A stretch of DNA of 64,000 nt from an uncultured Desulfobacterales bacterium. GTDB lineage: Bacteria > Desulfobacterota > Desulfobacteria > Desulfobacterales > Desulfobacteraceae. Numbering within the stretch: the first letter of the stretch is position 1; every line of letters starts with the position of its first letter. Position numbers and translations under genes: made by a program. Location: positions 43,249 to 107,248 of the forward strand of contig CAYZHB010000001.1 in assembly GCA_964478245.1 (NCBI GenBank). The letters run 5' to 3'. This document shows positions 17,495 to 27,256 of the stretch, piece after piece. The notes beneath the pieces are model-generated. The model was not told the origin of the DNA. It ran no database searches and saw nothing but the letters and a program-made list of their open reading frames with translations.

Positions 17495-18724
17495 GTGAAT
17501 CTGGACAACTTAAAATCAAACCAGGAGATGGAGAGGGTGCGTGTCGCCTGTGCTTACCTGTTTTCTCCTGAGTATGCCCGCGACAGCGAGTTCCTGAGCA
17601 ATCTGAAACTGAACATGGTCAAAACAGCGTTCCGGCAGAAAGCGCGGCGGTATCATCCCGATCTGAACAGGAAAGACAGCGATGAGATGCTGGCCAGAAG
17701 AAAGGAGCGGTTCGTTAAAATCCGGCAGGCTTACGAATACCTTTCATCCCACCTCCAGGACGACCTGCGGCCGGCAACGGGAAAACGGGACGCCAGAAGA
17801 GCCGGGAAGACCCAAATAATAGCGGTCGGCGGTGCAAAAGGCGGGGTAGGGAAAAGCGTGTTCGCGGCCAACCTCAGTGTCCGGCTGTCGGCAAATGGAT
17901 TTGACACGGTTGCGGCCGACATGGACCTTGGAGGGGCCAATCTTCATCTGTTCCTCGGTAAAATAAAACTGCCGTCCACGGTGAACGACTATCTGATGAA
18001 CAAAGCTCTTCAGTTCAAGGACATAGAGGTGGAAACCGGTTACGGCACGAGGCTGATAGGCGGTAACAGTGCCAGCCTTGGTGCTGCCAATATCAGCTAT
18101 GCAAGAAAAATGAAACTGCTGAGGAATTTAAGGAAGATTGACGCCGATTATGTCGTCGTGGATCTGGGGGGTGATACATCTTACAATGTGCTGGATTTTT
18201 TCCTGGCGGCAGACCACAGGATAGTGGTGACCACCTGTGATCCGGCGTCCTACCTGGATGCGTACGCCTTTATCAAAGTCGCCCTTTTCAGAAAACTCAA
18301 CCGCCTTTTCGGACCCGGATCAGACTGCCGGGGAGAGACGGACCGTCTGATCCGGAAGATGATATTTGATGCCACTGTTCCCGGGCCGGAGCGTCCGGCG
18401 AAAAGCGTGGCGGCTCTGCTGCAGCTTGTGGGAAAGGCGCATCCGGCCGCCCTGAAAGTCGTGAAAGATGCGATTGACGGATTTACCCCACACCTTGTCG
18501 TCAACATGTCACCGGATGAGACAAAAGCCCTGGAGCCGGTCCGGCGTATCCAGGAAGTGGCGGGGAAAAACCTTTCGATCGACGTGTCATACCTCGGGTC
18601 TCTTCTGAGAGAAGAATCAGTGGAAAAAAGCGTGAAATCTCTTGTCCCCGAAGTTTTCAGCAACCCGGAGGGACCGCTTGCCGGTAAAATAGATGAGATG
18701 GCAGGCGCACTCCTCGGTATCTGA
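17495..18724 (+). CDS. J-domain protein fused to a MinD/ParA/Mrp-type P-loop ATPase
   Basis: N-terminal J domain (FRQKARRYHPDLN...IRQAYEYL). This is followed by the deviant Walker A IIAVGGAKGGVGKSVFAANLS, DMDLGGANLH and VVVDLGGD. GTG start. Confidence 0.7.
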   Translation: MNLDNLKSNQEMERVRVACAYLFSPEYARDSEFLSNLKLNMVKTAFRQKARRYHPDLNRKDSDEMLARRKERFVKIRQAYEYLSSHLQDDLRPATGKRDARRAGKTQIIAVGGAKGGVGKSVFAANLSVRLSANGFDTVAADMDLGGANLHLFLGKIKLPSTVNDYLMNKALQFKDIEVETGYGTRLIGGNSASLGAANISYARKMKLLRNLRKIDADYVVVDLGGDTSYNVLDFFLAADHRIVVTTCDPASYLDAYAFIKVALFRKLNRLFGPGSDCRGETDRLIRKMIFDATVPGPERPAKSVAALLQLVGKAHPAALKVVKDAIDGFTPHLVVNMSPDETKALEPVRRIQEVAGKNLSIDVSYLGSLLREESVEKSVKSLVPEVFSNPEGPLAGKIDEMAGALLGI

Positions 18725-18755
18725 CAGACGATTTGCGGCATAAGGAAACCGAATC

Positions 18756-18964
18756 ATGGAACAGCATACCAGGGTTGCCTCCGGTGATATCGATCTCGAG
18801 GCCGATCTAAGGGCGTCCCGTACGGGAAAAGGAGTGGTTGTCACTCACCCGCATCCCCTCTACGGCGGCAATATGGACAATCCCGTGGTCATGGCGGCGG
18901 CTGCGATCATTTTTACGGCAACGCGCTGGATGAACTTGAAAGTGTCATTTCCAGTTTTATTTGA
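18756..18964 (+). pseudogene. Internally deleted, frameshifted alpha/beta hydrolase (COG2945-like) remnant
   Basis: Frame 0 encodes the family N-terminus (GKGVVVTHPHPLYGGNMDNPVV). From 18905 a different frame encodes a typical family C-terminus (DHFYGNALDELESVISSFI-stop at 18962-18964). The ~150 aa between them, including the catalytic core, is absent. Confidence 0.55.
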
Positions 18965-19027
18965 AAACATGCCGGAGCAGCAGCAGCCCGACTCTGCGGG
19001 CGGCTGCCGAGTCAACTAAAGCGTGTC

Positions 19028-19717
19028 TCATTCAATCATCATTGTGGCAGGGGCGAGAAAATAGCTTTTGCTTTCATTGTTCCCGTCTTTCAGGACGGTG
19101 GCTTCTATTTTATCCCGCCGGGGCTTGAGAAACAGGGCCTTGTCAAACCGGTCTTTATAGTTCTCGAGCTGGACCGGATAGCCGTCGGGACACAACGCCT
19201 GTTCCCGGTGCGTTTTTATTGAAAACCACACGGGAATGGAAAATTCAGACGACAAGACCGCCAGATTGTCCATGGTGTCCGCGAGATCTTTATCAAAATC
19301 GAGACCGTCCATGATAATGACCGACGGCATTTCAATATCGTCTTTTTTAAAGCTTTTCAGGTAATCGCGGATCTTTTCGGGGGTGAATGTGGTTTCATTA
19401 TAAGAGATGCCCACCTTGAACAGGTTGATGTCTTCGAACAGGCGGAACGCCTTCTGCGGGTCCACGTATCCGATGGAATCCACCAGGCTGTTGTACCCCT
19501 CCCTGTAGCGGATATTGATTTTGTCCATGTGCTCGGAAAGGCTGATGTGGAGAATTTTTTTGTTGTTTAGAAGCTGTGAAAGGCCTACCTGGACAAGAAA
19601 CTGTGTTTTTCCCACCCCGGCTCTTGAGAGGACCGCACCGAATTTGGCGCCGATGACAGCCTCTTCACCGAGGATTTTACTGACCGGGCTCTTTTTAATT
19701 AGATCTTTTCTAAGCAT
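19028..19717 (-). CDS. Uncharacterised RecA/KaiC-like P-loop ATPase
   Basis: Walker A SRAGVGKTQF and Walker-B-like SVIIMDGLD. It lies 35 nt downstream of the EF-G gene on the same strand. Confidence 0.5.
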   Translation of the reverse strand: MLRKDLIKKSPVSKILGEEAVIGAKFGAVLSRAGVGKTQFLVQVGLSQLLNNKKILHISLSEHMDKINIRYREGYNSLVDSIGYVDPQKAFRLFEDINLFKVGISYNETTFTPEKIRDYLKSFKKDDIEMPSVIIMDGLDFDKDLADTMDNLAVLSSEFSIPVWFSIKTHREQALCPDGYPVQLENYKDRFDKALFLKPRRDKIEATVLKDGNNESKSYFLAPATMMIE

Positions 19718-19752
19718 GTTATCCCTCTTTGTAAATATTGTAACGGCATGAC

Positions 19753-21837
19753 TTATGATTTTGCCTTTTTTTCTTCCTCTTTCTGACGCATGATCTCTTC
19801 CGCAACTGACTGGGGAACCTGTTTATAGGCGGCGTATTCCATTGAAAACTGCGCTTTCCCCTGGGTGGCGGAGCGGAGTACGGTTGAAAAACCAAACATC
19901 TCCGAAAGGGGTACCCGGCTTTCGATAACCGACATGACCCCTTCTTCCTGGGATCCTTCAATGATGCCGCGCCGCTGATTTATCAACCCCATGCAGGTTC
20001 CCTGAAATTCACTGGGGGTCTCGATCACCACTTTCATTATCGGCTCTTTAATGACCGGTCTGGCCTTGTTGTAGGCCTCCTGGAATGCGCCTCTGGCCGC
20101 CGCGTTAAAGGCCATCTCAGAGGAGTCAACAGAATGATAGGCCCCGTCTTCCAAGGTCACCCTGATGCCGGTGACCGGGAACTCCATTTTCGGCCCTTTT
20201 CCCAGACAGGCTTTGAATCCCTGTTCACAGGCGGGGATAAACTGTGTCGGTATTCGGCCGCCGGTAATTTTGTTCTCAAATTCAAACTGCTCTGCCGACG
20301 GTTCAATGAAACCGGCGACCCGTCCGAACTGCCCGGCACCGCCGGTCTGTTTCTTATGCGTATAATTGAACGCGGCCTTCCGGGTGATGGTTTCCCGATA
20401 GGCGACACGGGGCCGACCGGTCTGTACATTCGCGCTGTACTCGCGCTTCATCCGCTCGACATAGACATCCAGGTGGAGTTCGCCCATCCCCTGAATGATG
20501 GTTTCACTTGTTTCGCTGTCCACGTATGTTTTGAAGGTGGGGTCCTCTTTGGTGAAACGGTTCAGTGCTTTGGACATGTTGATTTCCGATTTTTTGTCAG
20601 CCGGCTGTATGGCAAGGGATATAACCGGTTCCATAATGTGCATGGGGATCATGGAATAGTTGATGCCGGGGGTTACGAAGGTCTCGCCTGATGCACAGTC
20701 GATTCCGAACATGGCACCGATATGGCCGGCCGGGATCTCCTCCACCTCTTCCATTTCAGAGGAATGCATCCGGATGAGCCGGCCGGCCCGGATTTTTTTA
20801 TGATCCCTTGTATTTACCAGGGTGTCTCCTTTCCGGATACAGCCCTGGTATACCCTGAGATAGGTGAGCTGGCCGTATTTCCCGTCTTCGAGCTTGAAGG
20901 CCAGTGCGACAGTGGGTTTGTCAAAGCGGCTTTCAAGTGTTACCGGCGCCTCGTTGTCGTCGATATCGACCGCTTCATTGGTGACATCAAGCGGAGAGGG
21001 AAGGTAGTCTTTCACCCCGTCCAGAAGGGGCTGCACCGCTTTGTTTTTGTAGGCGGAGCCCATGAAAACCGGGGTGACGCCCCTGGCCACCGTACCCCGT
21101 CTGACCGCCTCCACGATCATCTCTTCGGGAAGCTCTTTTTCTTCCAGGATGGCATCCGTGAGTTCGTCGGAAAAAACGGAGGCCGAATCGATCATTGACT
21201 CTCTGAGCTCACGGGCCTGTCCGACAAGATCATCCGGGATCTCTTTTTCAACGACTTCCTGGCCGAATTCCCCCTTGAAATAGTACGCTTTCATTCGCAC
21301 AAGATCAACCACGCCCTCGTGTTTGTCCTCGAGCCCGATCGGTATCTGCATGGGCAGCGGGTTGTGGCCGAGTTTGTTTTTAAGCTGATCGATCACCTTG
21401 AACGGGTTGGCCCCGCTCCTGTCACATTTGTTGATAAACCCGATGCAGGGGACTTCATATCGTTTCATCTGCTGATCAACGGTGATGGACTGTGACTGGA
21501 CCCCTGATACGGAACAGAGAATCAGCACGACCCCGTCCAGAACCCGAAGGGACCGCTCGACCTCAACGGTGAAGTCAACATGGCCGGGCGTGTCGATGAT
21601 ATTGATATCATATCCCTTCCAGTCGCAATGGGTGGCGGCGGATGTGATCGTGATGCCCCGCTCTCTTTCCAGCTCCATGAAATCCATAAGCGCACCCGCG
21701 CCGTCCTTGCCCCTGACTTCGTTAATTTTATGGATTCTGTCCGTGTAAAACAGAATCCGTTCGGTCAGCGTGGTTTTTCCCGAATCAATGTGGGCGCTGA
21801 TACCGATATTTCTTACTTTTTCCAGATCTCTTTGCAT
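19753..21837 (-). CDS. fusA: Elongation factor G family GTPase (stand-alone, not in an rpsL-rpsG-fusA-tuf context)
   Basis: [21 protein letters not shown]; the full five-domain length of 694 aa. Confidence 0.9.
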   Translation of the reverse strand: MQRDLEKVRNIGISAHIDSGKTTLTERILFYTDRIHKINEVRGKDGAGALMDFMELERERGITITSAATHCDWKGYDINIIDTPGHVDFTVEVERSLRVLDGVVLILCSVSGVQSQSITVDQQMKRYEVPCIGFINKCDRSGANPFKVIDQLKNKLGHNPLPMQIPIGLEDKHEGVVDLVRMKAYYFKGEFGQEVVEKEIPDDLVGQARELRESMIDSASVFSDELTDAILEEKELPEEMIVEAVRRGTVARGVTPVFMGSAYKNKAVQPLLDGVKDYLPSPLDVTNEAVDIDDNEAPVTLESRFDKPTVALAFKLEDGKYGQLTYLRVYQGCIRKGDTLVNTRDHKKIRAGRLIRMHSSEMEEVEEIPAGHIGAMFGIDCASGETFVTPGINYSMIPMHIMEPVISLAIQPADKKSEINMSKALNRFTKEDPTFKTYVDSETSETIIQGMGELHLDVYVERMKREYSANVQTGRPRVAYRETITRKAAFNYTHKKQTGGAGQFGRVAGFIEPSAEQFEFENKITGGRIPTQFIPACEQGFKACLGKGPKMEFPVTGIRVTLEDGAYHSVDSSEMAFNAAARGAFQEAYNKARPVIKEPIMKVVIETPSEFQGTCMGLINQRRGIIEGSQEEGVMSVIESRVPLSEMFGFSTVLRSATQGKAQFSMEYAAYKQVPQSVAEEIMRQKEEEKKAKS

Positions 21838-21908
21838 GATGTCATCATTCCTTTGAAAAACAGTCCTGCTTTTTAACAGGGGATTTACTCCAGACGCTTT
21901 TGTTGTGA

Positions 21909-22036
21909 TTGGTTGTTTTCAAACCGAGGGCTATGCCCCCGGTTACAACCGTCAACGATTGAAACACTCGTGTGTTTCGTCATTCCGGCCTATGGCCGGA
22001 ACACCAAGCCACCCGCTTCGCGGGTGGTCGTTGACT
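21909..22036 (+). repeat. Family-1 multi-hairpin repeat, copy B
   Basis: TTGGTTGTTTTCAAACCGAGGGCTATGCCCCCGGTTACAACCGTCAACGATTGAAACACTCGTGTGTTTCGTCATTCCGGCCTATGGCCGGAACACCAAGCCACCCGCTTCGCGGGTGGTCGTTGACT. Confidence 0.9.
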
Positions 22037-22091
22037 AAATAATAATTCAGATTGAAAAACTGTTACAATTTGATTACACTAAACACGTCAA

Positions 22092-22220
22092 TCGGTTGTT
22101 TCAAAACCGGGGGCTATGCCCCCGGTTACAACCGTCGACGATCGAAACACTGACGTGTTTTTGTTCTTCCGGCCTGCGGCCGGAAGAACAACCCACCCGC
22201 AAAGCGGATGGTCGTTGACT
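22092..22220 (+). repeat. Family-1 multi-hairpin repeat, copy C
   Basis: Same architecture, 55 nt downstream of copy B. The third hairpin is extended to 12 bp (GTTCTTCCGGCC/GGCCGGAAGAAC). The closing helix carries an A-to-G change that gives a G-T (G-U) pair. Confidence 0.9.
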
Positions 22221-22283
22221 CTGATAGATAATTAAATAAAATATATAAGTATATCATTTTTTTCTGTTTTGTCAACATGCATT

Positions 22284-22973
22284 ATGAATAAAATCGGCGG
22301 AAAAACAGCGGAAACAGGGGGATTCAATAAGGAGTGGAAGGAGCTTGTTAAAGCGGGAGGGCAGGCGTTCGGTATTGATATCAGCGATGTCCAGGCAGAC
22401 CTGTTCGTCCGCCATGCAGAACAGCTTGCCGCATGGAACAGAAAAGTCAACCTGACATCGATTGAAAATCCTGCCGATATGGCAGTGACGCATTTTATCG
22501 ACAGTCTTGCCGTGCTGCCCTATATGAATAAAGGCGGCAGGGTGCTCGATGTGGGCGCCGGCGGGGGATTTCCTTCCGTGCCTTTGAAAGTGGCCGTGCC
22601 CTCGCTTGAACTGGTGATGGTGGACGCATCCAGGAAAAAAGTGAGCTTTCTGAAGGAACTGATCCGGCGGCTGGCGCTGCAGAAAGCCTCCGCCCTGCAT
22701 TGCCGGGTGGAAGACATACGCAACACGCCCGGTTTCGGCGGCGGATTCGACATGGTTATTTCCAGGGCCTTTGCTTCTCTTGATCGGTTTGTCATGCTCT
22801 CGGTCCCCCTTTTGTCGACCGGCGGCAAAATAATCGCCATGAAGGGCAGGCACGGATTGAAAGAGGCCGGGGAAATTTGCCATGCCGGGATTGATATCAG
22901 CTGCGTGTCGTATACACTGCCTTTCAGCGGGGCCGCACGGGTTATTGTGGAAGTCGTGCCCCGACCGCTTTGA
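22284..22973 (+). CDS. rsmG: 16S rRNA (guanine527-N7)-methyltransferase RsmG
   Basis: ...WNRKVNLTSI..., VLDVGAGGGFPSVPLK, ...GGKIIAMKG. I chose the ATG at 22284 (the listed ORF begins with a TTG at 22269). Confidence 0.85.
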   Translation: MNKIGGKTAETGGFNKEWKELVKAGGQAFGIDISDVQADLFVRHAEQLAAWNRKVNLTSIENPADMAVTHFIDSLAVLPYMNKGGRVLDVGAGGGFPSVPLKVAVPSLELVMVDASRKKVSFLKELIRRLALQKASALHCRVEDIRNTPGFGGGFDMVISRAFASLDRFVMLSVPLLSTGGKIIAMKGRHGLKEAGEICHAGIDISCVSYTLPFSGAARVIVEVVPRPL

Positions 22974-23010
22974 GGATCTCCACGACTGGACCGCGTTGCA
23001 AAAGGTCCAG

Positions 23011-23064
23011 GGTAATTTTATTTGAACGGGTCACCTGCCCATGGCATAGAACAAATTAGCCGTG
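23011..23064. repeat. Family-2 repeat, short copy b (arms only)
   Basis: GGTAATTTTATTTGAACGGGTCACCTGCCCATGGCATAGAACAAATTAGCCGTG. The left and right arms match the ends of copy c, and the interior is missing. Confidence 0.5.
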
Positions 23065-23163
23065 GGCAAGAGGTTGATTGTTCTTGACAGAACACGGCAT
23101 TTTGCAATACATATATGTTTTTGTATTTGGGTTTGAAACACGTTCCCTTGAACTGGAGGAGAA

Positions 23164-25968
23164 ATGGATTATAAAGCGACACTGAACCTGCCTTCAACAG
23201 AGTTTAAAATGAAGGCGAACCTTCCTGGACGGGAGCCTGAACAGCTGAAGGAGTGGGAATCGGCCGCCCTTTATGATAAAATTCAGGCCAAATCCCGCGG
23301 AAGAAAAATATTCATACTTCATGACGGACCGCCTTATGCGAACGGTCATTTACATATCGGACACGCCATCAACAAGATACTCAAGGATATTATCGTTAAA
23401 TCAAAGTTCATGACCGGGTTTCATTCGCACTATGTTCCCGGCTGGGACTGTCACGGTCTGCCCATCGAGCACAGTGTCGATAAACAGATCGGACTGCGGA
23501 AAAAAGAGATGAGCGCGGTACAGGTCAGAAAAGCCTGCCGCGAATTTGCCGGTAAATTCGTCAAAATACAGAAAGAGGAGTTCAAGCGATTCGGTGTCCT
23601 GGGCGACTGGGAAAATCCCTATCTGACCATGAATTTGGAATACGAGGCCAGAATTGCCAAAGAGTGCGGGAATTTTGCCCTGAACGGCAATATGTTTCTA
23701 GGAAAAAAACCCATATACTGGTGCTGTGACTGTCAGACCGCCCTGGCGGAAGCCGAGATCGAGTATCATGAAGCCCAATCTCCTTCCATTTACGTCAAAT
23801 TCCCGTTAAACGCGGATATCTCGGATTTGATTCCCGGCATCGGGGACAAGGCGGTATCCGTTGTCATCTGGACCACCACCCCGTGGACCATACCGGCCAA
23901 CCTGGCGATTACCCTGCACCCCGCTTTTGTCTATTCGGCCGTGCAGACGGAAGACAACGAGGTGCTGATCCTGGCCAAAGAGCTGGTTGAGGGGCTCATG
24001 AACGAATTCGGGATCGCCCGTTATACCCTGCTGGGAGACATGAACGCTGCGGACCTGGAGGAACGGGCCTGCCGGCATCCCCTTTACGACAGGGAATCGA
24101 AACTGATTCTGGGAGACCACGTGACCCTGGATGCGGGAACCGGATGTGTGCATACAGCACCGGGTCACGGGGCGGACGATTATATTGTCGGCCAGCGGTA
24201 CGGCCTTGACACCTATTCCCCTGTGGAAGACGACGGCACTTTTTCTCCGGAGGTCGAATTTTTCGGCGGCCAGTTCATTTTCAAGGCAAACAGCCATATC
24301 GTGGAGAAACTCGATGAGGCGGGACGTCTGTTAAAAAGCGGTCAGATGACCCATTCCTACCCCCACTGCTGGCGATGCAAAAAGCCGGTCATCTTCAGGG
24401 CGACATCCCAGTGGTTTCTCTCCATGGACACACATGATCTCAGGCAGAAAACCCTGAAAGAGATCAACAATGTGCAGTGGATCCCGGCCTGGGGCAGGGA
24501 ACGCATTTATGCCATGATAGAAAACCGGCCGGACTGGTGCCTTTCCCGTCAGCGGTCCTGGGGTGTCCCCATCCCCCTGTTCCACTGCCGGAACTGCAAA
24601 GCGGTGTACGTCACCCAGGCGTCGGTTGACAGAATCTATACCCTGTTTAAAGAGAAAAGTTCCGACATATGGTTTGAAAAGGAAGCAGCCGATCTGATGC
24701 CGGAAGGGGCCGTGTGTGAAAAATGCGGCTCGGAAACCTTTGAAAAAGATGCCAATATCCTGGATGTCTGGTTTGACTCCGGGGTGAGCCATGCCGCCGT
24801 CTGTGAAGAGCGTGATGACCTCGAGAGACCGGCGGACCTCTATCTCGAAGGCAGTGACCAGCACAGGGGCTGGTTTCACAGCTCCCTTCTCACCGCTGTG
24901 GGGAGCACGGGCAGCGCCCCGTACCGGGCGGTCCTGACCCACGGTTTCGTGGTGGATGAACACGGCCGGAAGATGTCCAAGTCCGTGGGCAACGTGGTGG
25001 CCCCGGAAAAGGTTATCAAACAATACGGGGCCGATATTCTGAGGCTCTGGTCGGCATCCGCCGATTACAAGGGGGATGTGAGCATTTCGGACAATATCGT
25101 CCGGCAGCTGTCGGATGCCTACCGCCGCATCCGGAATACCTGCCGGTTTATGCTGGGCAATCTGTTCGATTTTGACATAAATGAGAACATCGCGCAAATA
25201 GAGTCCATGTCCGGGATGGACCGGTTTGTGCTTCACAGGCTCCATACGGTGGTGGCAAAAGCCCTCCGTTCCTACGACACCTACGAGTTTCACAAGATTT
25301 ATCACGCGCTTTACAATTTCTGCGTGGTGGACCTGTCCTCGTTTTATCTCGATATCATAAAGGACCGGCTCTACATAATGCCCCCCGATGACACGTCACG
25401 ACGGAACGCCCAGACGGTGATGTATATGACGCTCGATGCCGTCGTGCGGGTAATGGCGCCGATTCTCTCCTTCACGGCCGAGGAGATCTGGAAACGCATG
25501 CCCGGTTATGACGGCAGGGAAGAGAGTGTGCATCTCTCCCGGATGCCGGATGTAAACGAAAAATGGGAAGACAATGACCTCTCCGCCCGGTGGGAAAAGG
25601 TCCTCGAGGTGCGTGGGCAGGTCTCCAAAGCGCTCGAGGAGGCCAGGGCGGCCAAGCTGATCGGGCACCCCCTCGACGCCGCAGTCGACATAAAGCTGCC
25701 TGAAACCGGGAAATACCGGGAGATTTTTCAGAATCTGGATGAGCCGTTGAGCGATATTTTTATCGTATCCTCGGCCACCCTGGTTGAGCAGGGGCCTGAA
25801 GACGCCTTTGCAAGTGACGAGGTGGAAGGGCTCTTCATATCGGTGCGCCACGCCGGCGGCGAAAAGTGCGCCCGCTGCTGGCGGTATGATTCAGATATCG
25901 GCAAAGCGTCTGATGACCATCCGGATGCCTGCGGCAGATGTGTCGACGCTTTGAAAAAAATCGGTTGA
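23164..25968 (+). CDS. ileS: Isoleucine--tRNA ligase
   Basis: [11 protein letters not shown] (HIGH), KMSKS, a C-terminal Zn-finger (CARCWRY...CGRC); 934 aa. Confidence 0.95.
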   Translation: MDYKATLNLPSTEFKMKANLPGREPEQLKEWESAALYDKIQAKSRGRKIFILHDGPPYANGHLHIGHAINKILKDIIVKSKFMTGFHSHYVPGWDCHGLPIEHSVDKQIGLRKKEMSAVQVRKACREFAGKFVKIQKEEFKRFGVLGDWENPYLTMNLEYEARIAKECGNFALNGNMFLGKKPIYWCCDCQTALAEAEIEYHEAQSPSIYVKFPLNADISDLIPGIGDKAVSVVIWTTTPWTIPANLAITLHPAFVYSAVQTEDNEVLILAKELVEGLMNEFGIARYTLLGDMNAADLEERACRHPLYDRESKLILGDHVTLDAGTGCVHTAPGHGADDYIVGQRYGLDTYSPVEDDGTFSPEVEFFGGQFIFKANSHIVEKLDEAGRLLKSGQMTHSYPHCWRCKKPVIFRATSQWFLSMDTHDLRQKTLKEINNVQWIPAWGRERIYAMIENRPDWCLSRQRSWGVPIPLFHCRNCKAVYVTQASVDRIYTLFKEKSSDIWFEKEAADLMPEGAVCEKCGSETFEKDANILDVWFDSGVSHAAVCEERDDLERPADLYLEGSDQHRGWFHSSLLTAVGSTGSAPYRAVLTHGFVVDEHGRKMSKSVGNVVAPEKVIKQYGADILRLWSASADYKGDVSISDNIVRQLSDAYRRIRNTCRFMLGNLFDFDINENIAQIESMSGMDRFVLHRLHTVVAKALRSYDTYEFHKIYHALYNFCVVDLSSFYLDIIKDRLYIMPPDDTSRRNAQTVMYMTLDAVVRVMAPILSFTAEEIWKRMPGYDGREESVHLSRMPDVNEKWEDNDLSARWEKVLEVRGQVSKALEEARAAKLIGHPLDAAVDIKLPETGKYREIFQNLDEPLSDIFIVSSATLVEQGPEDAFASDEVEGLFISVRHAGGEKCARCWRYDSDIGKASDDHPDACGRCVDALKKIG

Positions 25969-25969
25969 C

Positions 25970-26473
25970 ATGCGGTACGGGTTTGTTGACAGACAATGCG
26001 CTGCAAGGCTCTGTCTTATCAGCGGTCTTGTGGTGATTGCGGATCAGGCGGCAAAATTCGCCATTCAATCCGCACTCGCGCTTTATGAAACCGTACCCGT
26101 CATAAAGGGGGTGTTCAGCATCACCCACATTTTAAACACCGGCGGTGCGTTCGGCATATTTGCCGGTCACTCTCAAGGCCTGCGGAATTTCATTTTCCTT
26201 TTTATTTCGTCCATGGTGGCGGCGGTGATTCTTTGGATTTACAGGCGCACCTGCCGGGACCATGTGGTGCTCTCTTCCGGCATCGCCCTGATTTTCGGCG
26301 GCGCCGTGGGCAACCTCATCGACAGGTTCAGACAGGGCAGTGTGGTGGATTTCCTCGATTTTTACATCAATGACCTTCACTGGCCGGCCTTCAATATAGC
26401 CGACAGCGCCATCAGTATCGGCATGATCGTGTTTCTGTACCACATACTGTTTAACAAAATTCCTGATTTATAA
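25970..26473 (+). CDS. lspA: Lipoprotein signal peptidase (signal peptidase II)
   Basis: NTGGAFG, GNLIDR and FNIADSAISIG motifs; conserved ileS-lspA linkage. Confidence 0.9.
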   Translation: MRYGFVDRQCAARLCLISGLVVIADQAAKFAIQSALALYETVPVIKGVFSITHILNTGGAFGIFAGHSQGLRNFIFLFISSMVAAVILWIYRRTCRDHVVLSSGIALIFGGAVGNLIDRFRQGSVVDFLDFYINDLHWPAFNIADSAISIGMIVFLYHILFNKIPDL

Positions 26474-26482
26474 GGCAGACAA

Positions 26483-27256
26483 ATGCACCCCATACTGATC
26501 AATATCGGCGGACTCAAACTTTATGCCTACGGGCTTTTCGTGGCCTTGGGATTTATAACGGCCATGCTTTTTTCCAAAAGACAGGCAAAAAAGAATGCCA
26601 TCAATCCGGAGGTGATAAACGATCTGGTGTTGATCATCCTTGTCTCTGCTATTGCCGGCTCCCGGATTCTGTATGTGGTCATCAACTTCTCTTTTTATAA
26701 AGACGACTTCCCGGCCGTTTTTAAAATATGGGACGGCGGGCTTGTTTTTTACGGCGGATTTGTACTGGCCCTGGCCTCATCCATTCTGTACGTGAGGCTG
26801 AAGGGGCTCTCGTTTTTCCAGACCGCCGATATCATTTCTCCCAGCCTCGCCCTGGGGCACGCCGTGGGCAGAATCGGGTGTTTTTTTGCCGGCTGCTGCT
26901 ACGGAAAACCGTCCAGCCTGCCGTGGGCCGTCACTTTTACCGATCCGAACTCTCTGGCGCCGCTGGGGGTTCCCCTTCATCCCACCCAGCTTTACTCGGT
27001 TATCTCCAACCTCTTGATCTTTTTTCTCCTGCTGTTTCTGTTGCGGATAAAAAAATATCACGGCATGGTATTTTTCAGCTATATTATTCTGTACAGTGCT
27101 TTCCGGTTCGTGATAGAGATGTTCAGAGGGGATTTCAGGGGCAGTTTTTTAAATTCCGCTTTGTCAATGTCGCAGGGAGTCGGGGTGATTCTGTCGGTGG
27201 TGTCCGTGATCATACTCTTCTGCCTGTATTTTAGACATCGTTATGGCGCTGATTAA
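26483..27256 (+). CDS. lgt: Prolipoprotein diacylglyceryl transferase
   Basis: YGLFVALGF, GRIGCFFAGCCYG, HPTQLY. Confidence 0.9.
   Translation: MHPILINIGGLKLYAYGLFVALGFITAMLFSKRQAKKNAINPEVINDLVLIILVSAIAGSRILYVVINFSFYKDDFPAVFKIWDGGLVFYGGFVLALASSILYVRLKGLSFFQTADIISPSLALGHAVGRIGCFFAGCCYGKPSSLPWAVTFTDPNSLAPLGVPLHPTQLYSVISNLLIFFLLLFLLRIKKYHGMVFFSYIILYSAFRFVIEMFRGDFRGSFLNSALSMSQGVGVILSVVSVIILFCLYFRHRYGAD

Noticed and set aside
21909-22220. Possible CRISPR array. The family-1 repeat contains GATTGAAAC, which resembles the 3' handle of many CRISPR repeats, and two copies lie 55 nt apart.
   Set aside because: The units are ~128 nt long and internally multi-hairpinned. Only two are adjacent, and the remaining copies are dispersed singly. 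No cas genes or regular repeat-spacer periodicity are present.
24331-25305. 324-aa minus-strand ORF inside ileS. The same class includes 28609..29472 in pyk, 35916..36908 and 34857..35663 in dnaE, 22272..22883 in rsmG, 51333..52175, 46299..47087 and 20134..20691.
   Set aside because: All are antisense shadows of genes identified by multiple catalytic motifs. None has independent support.
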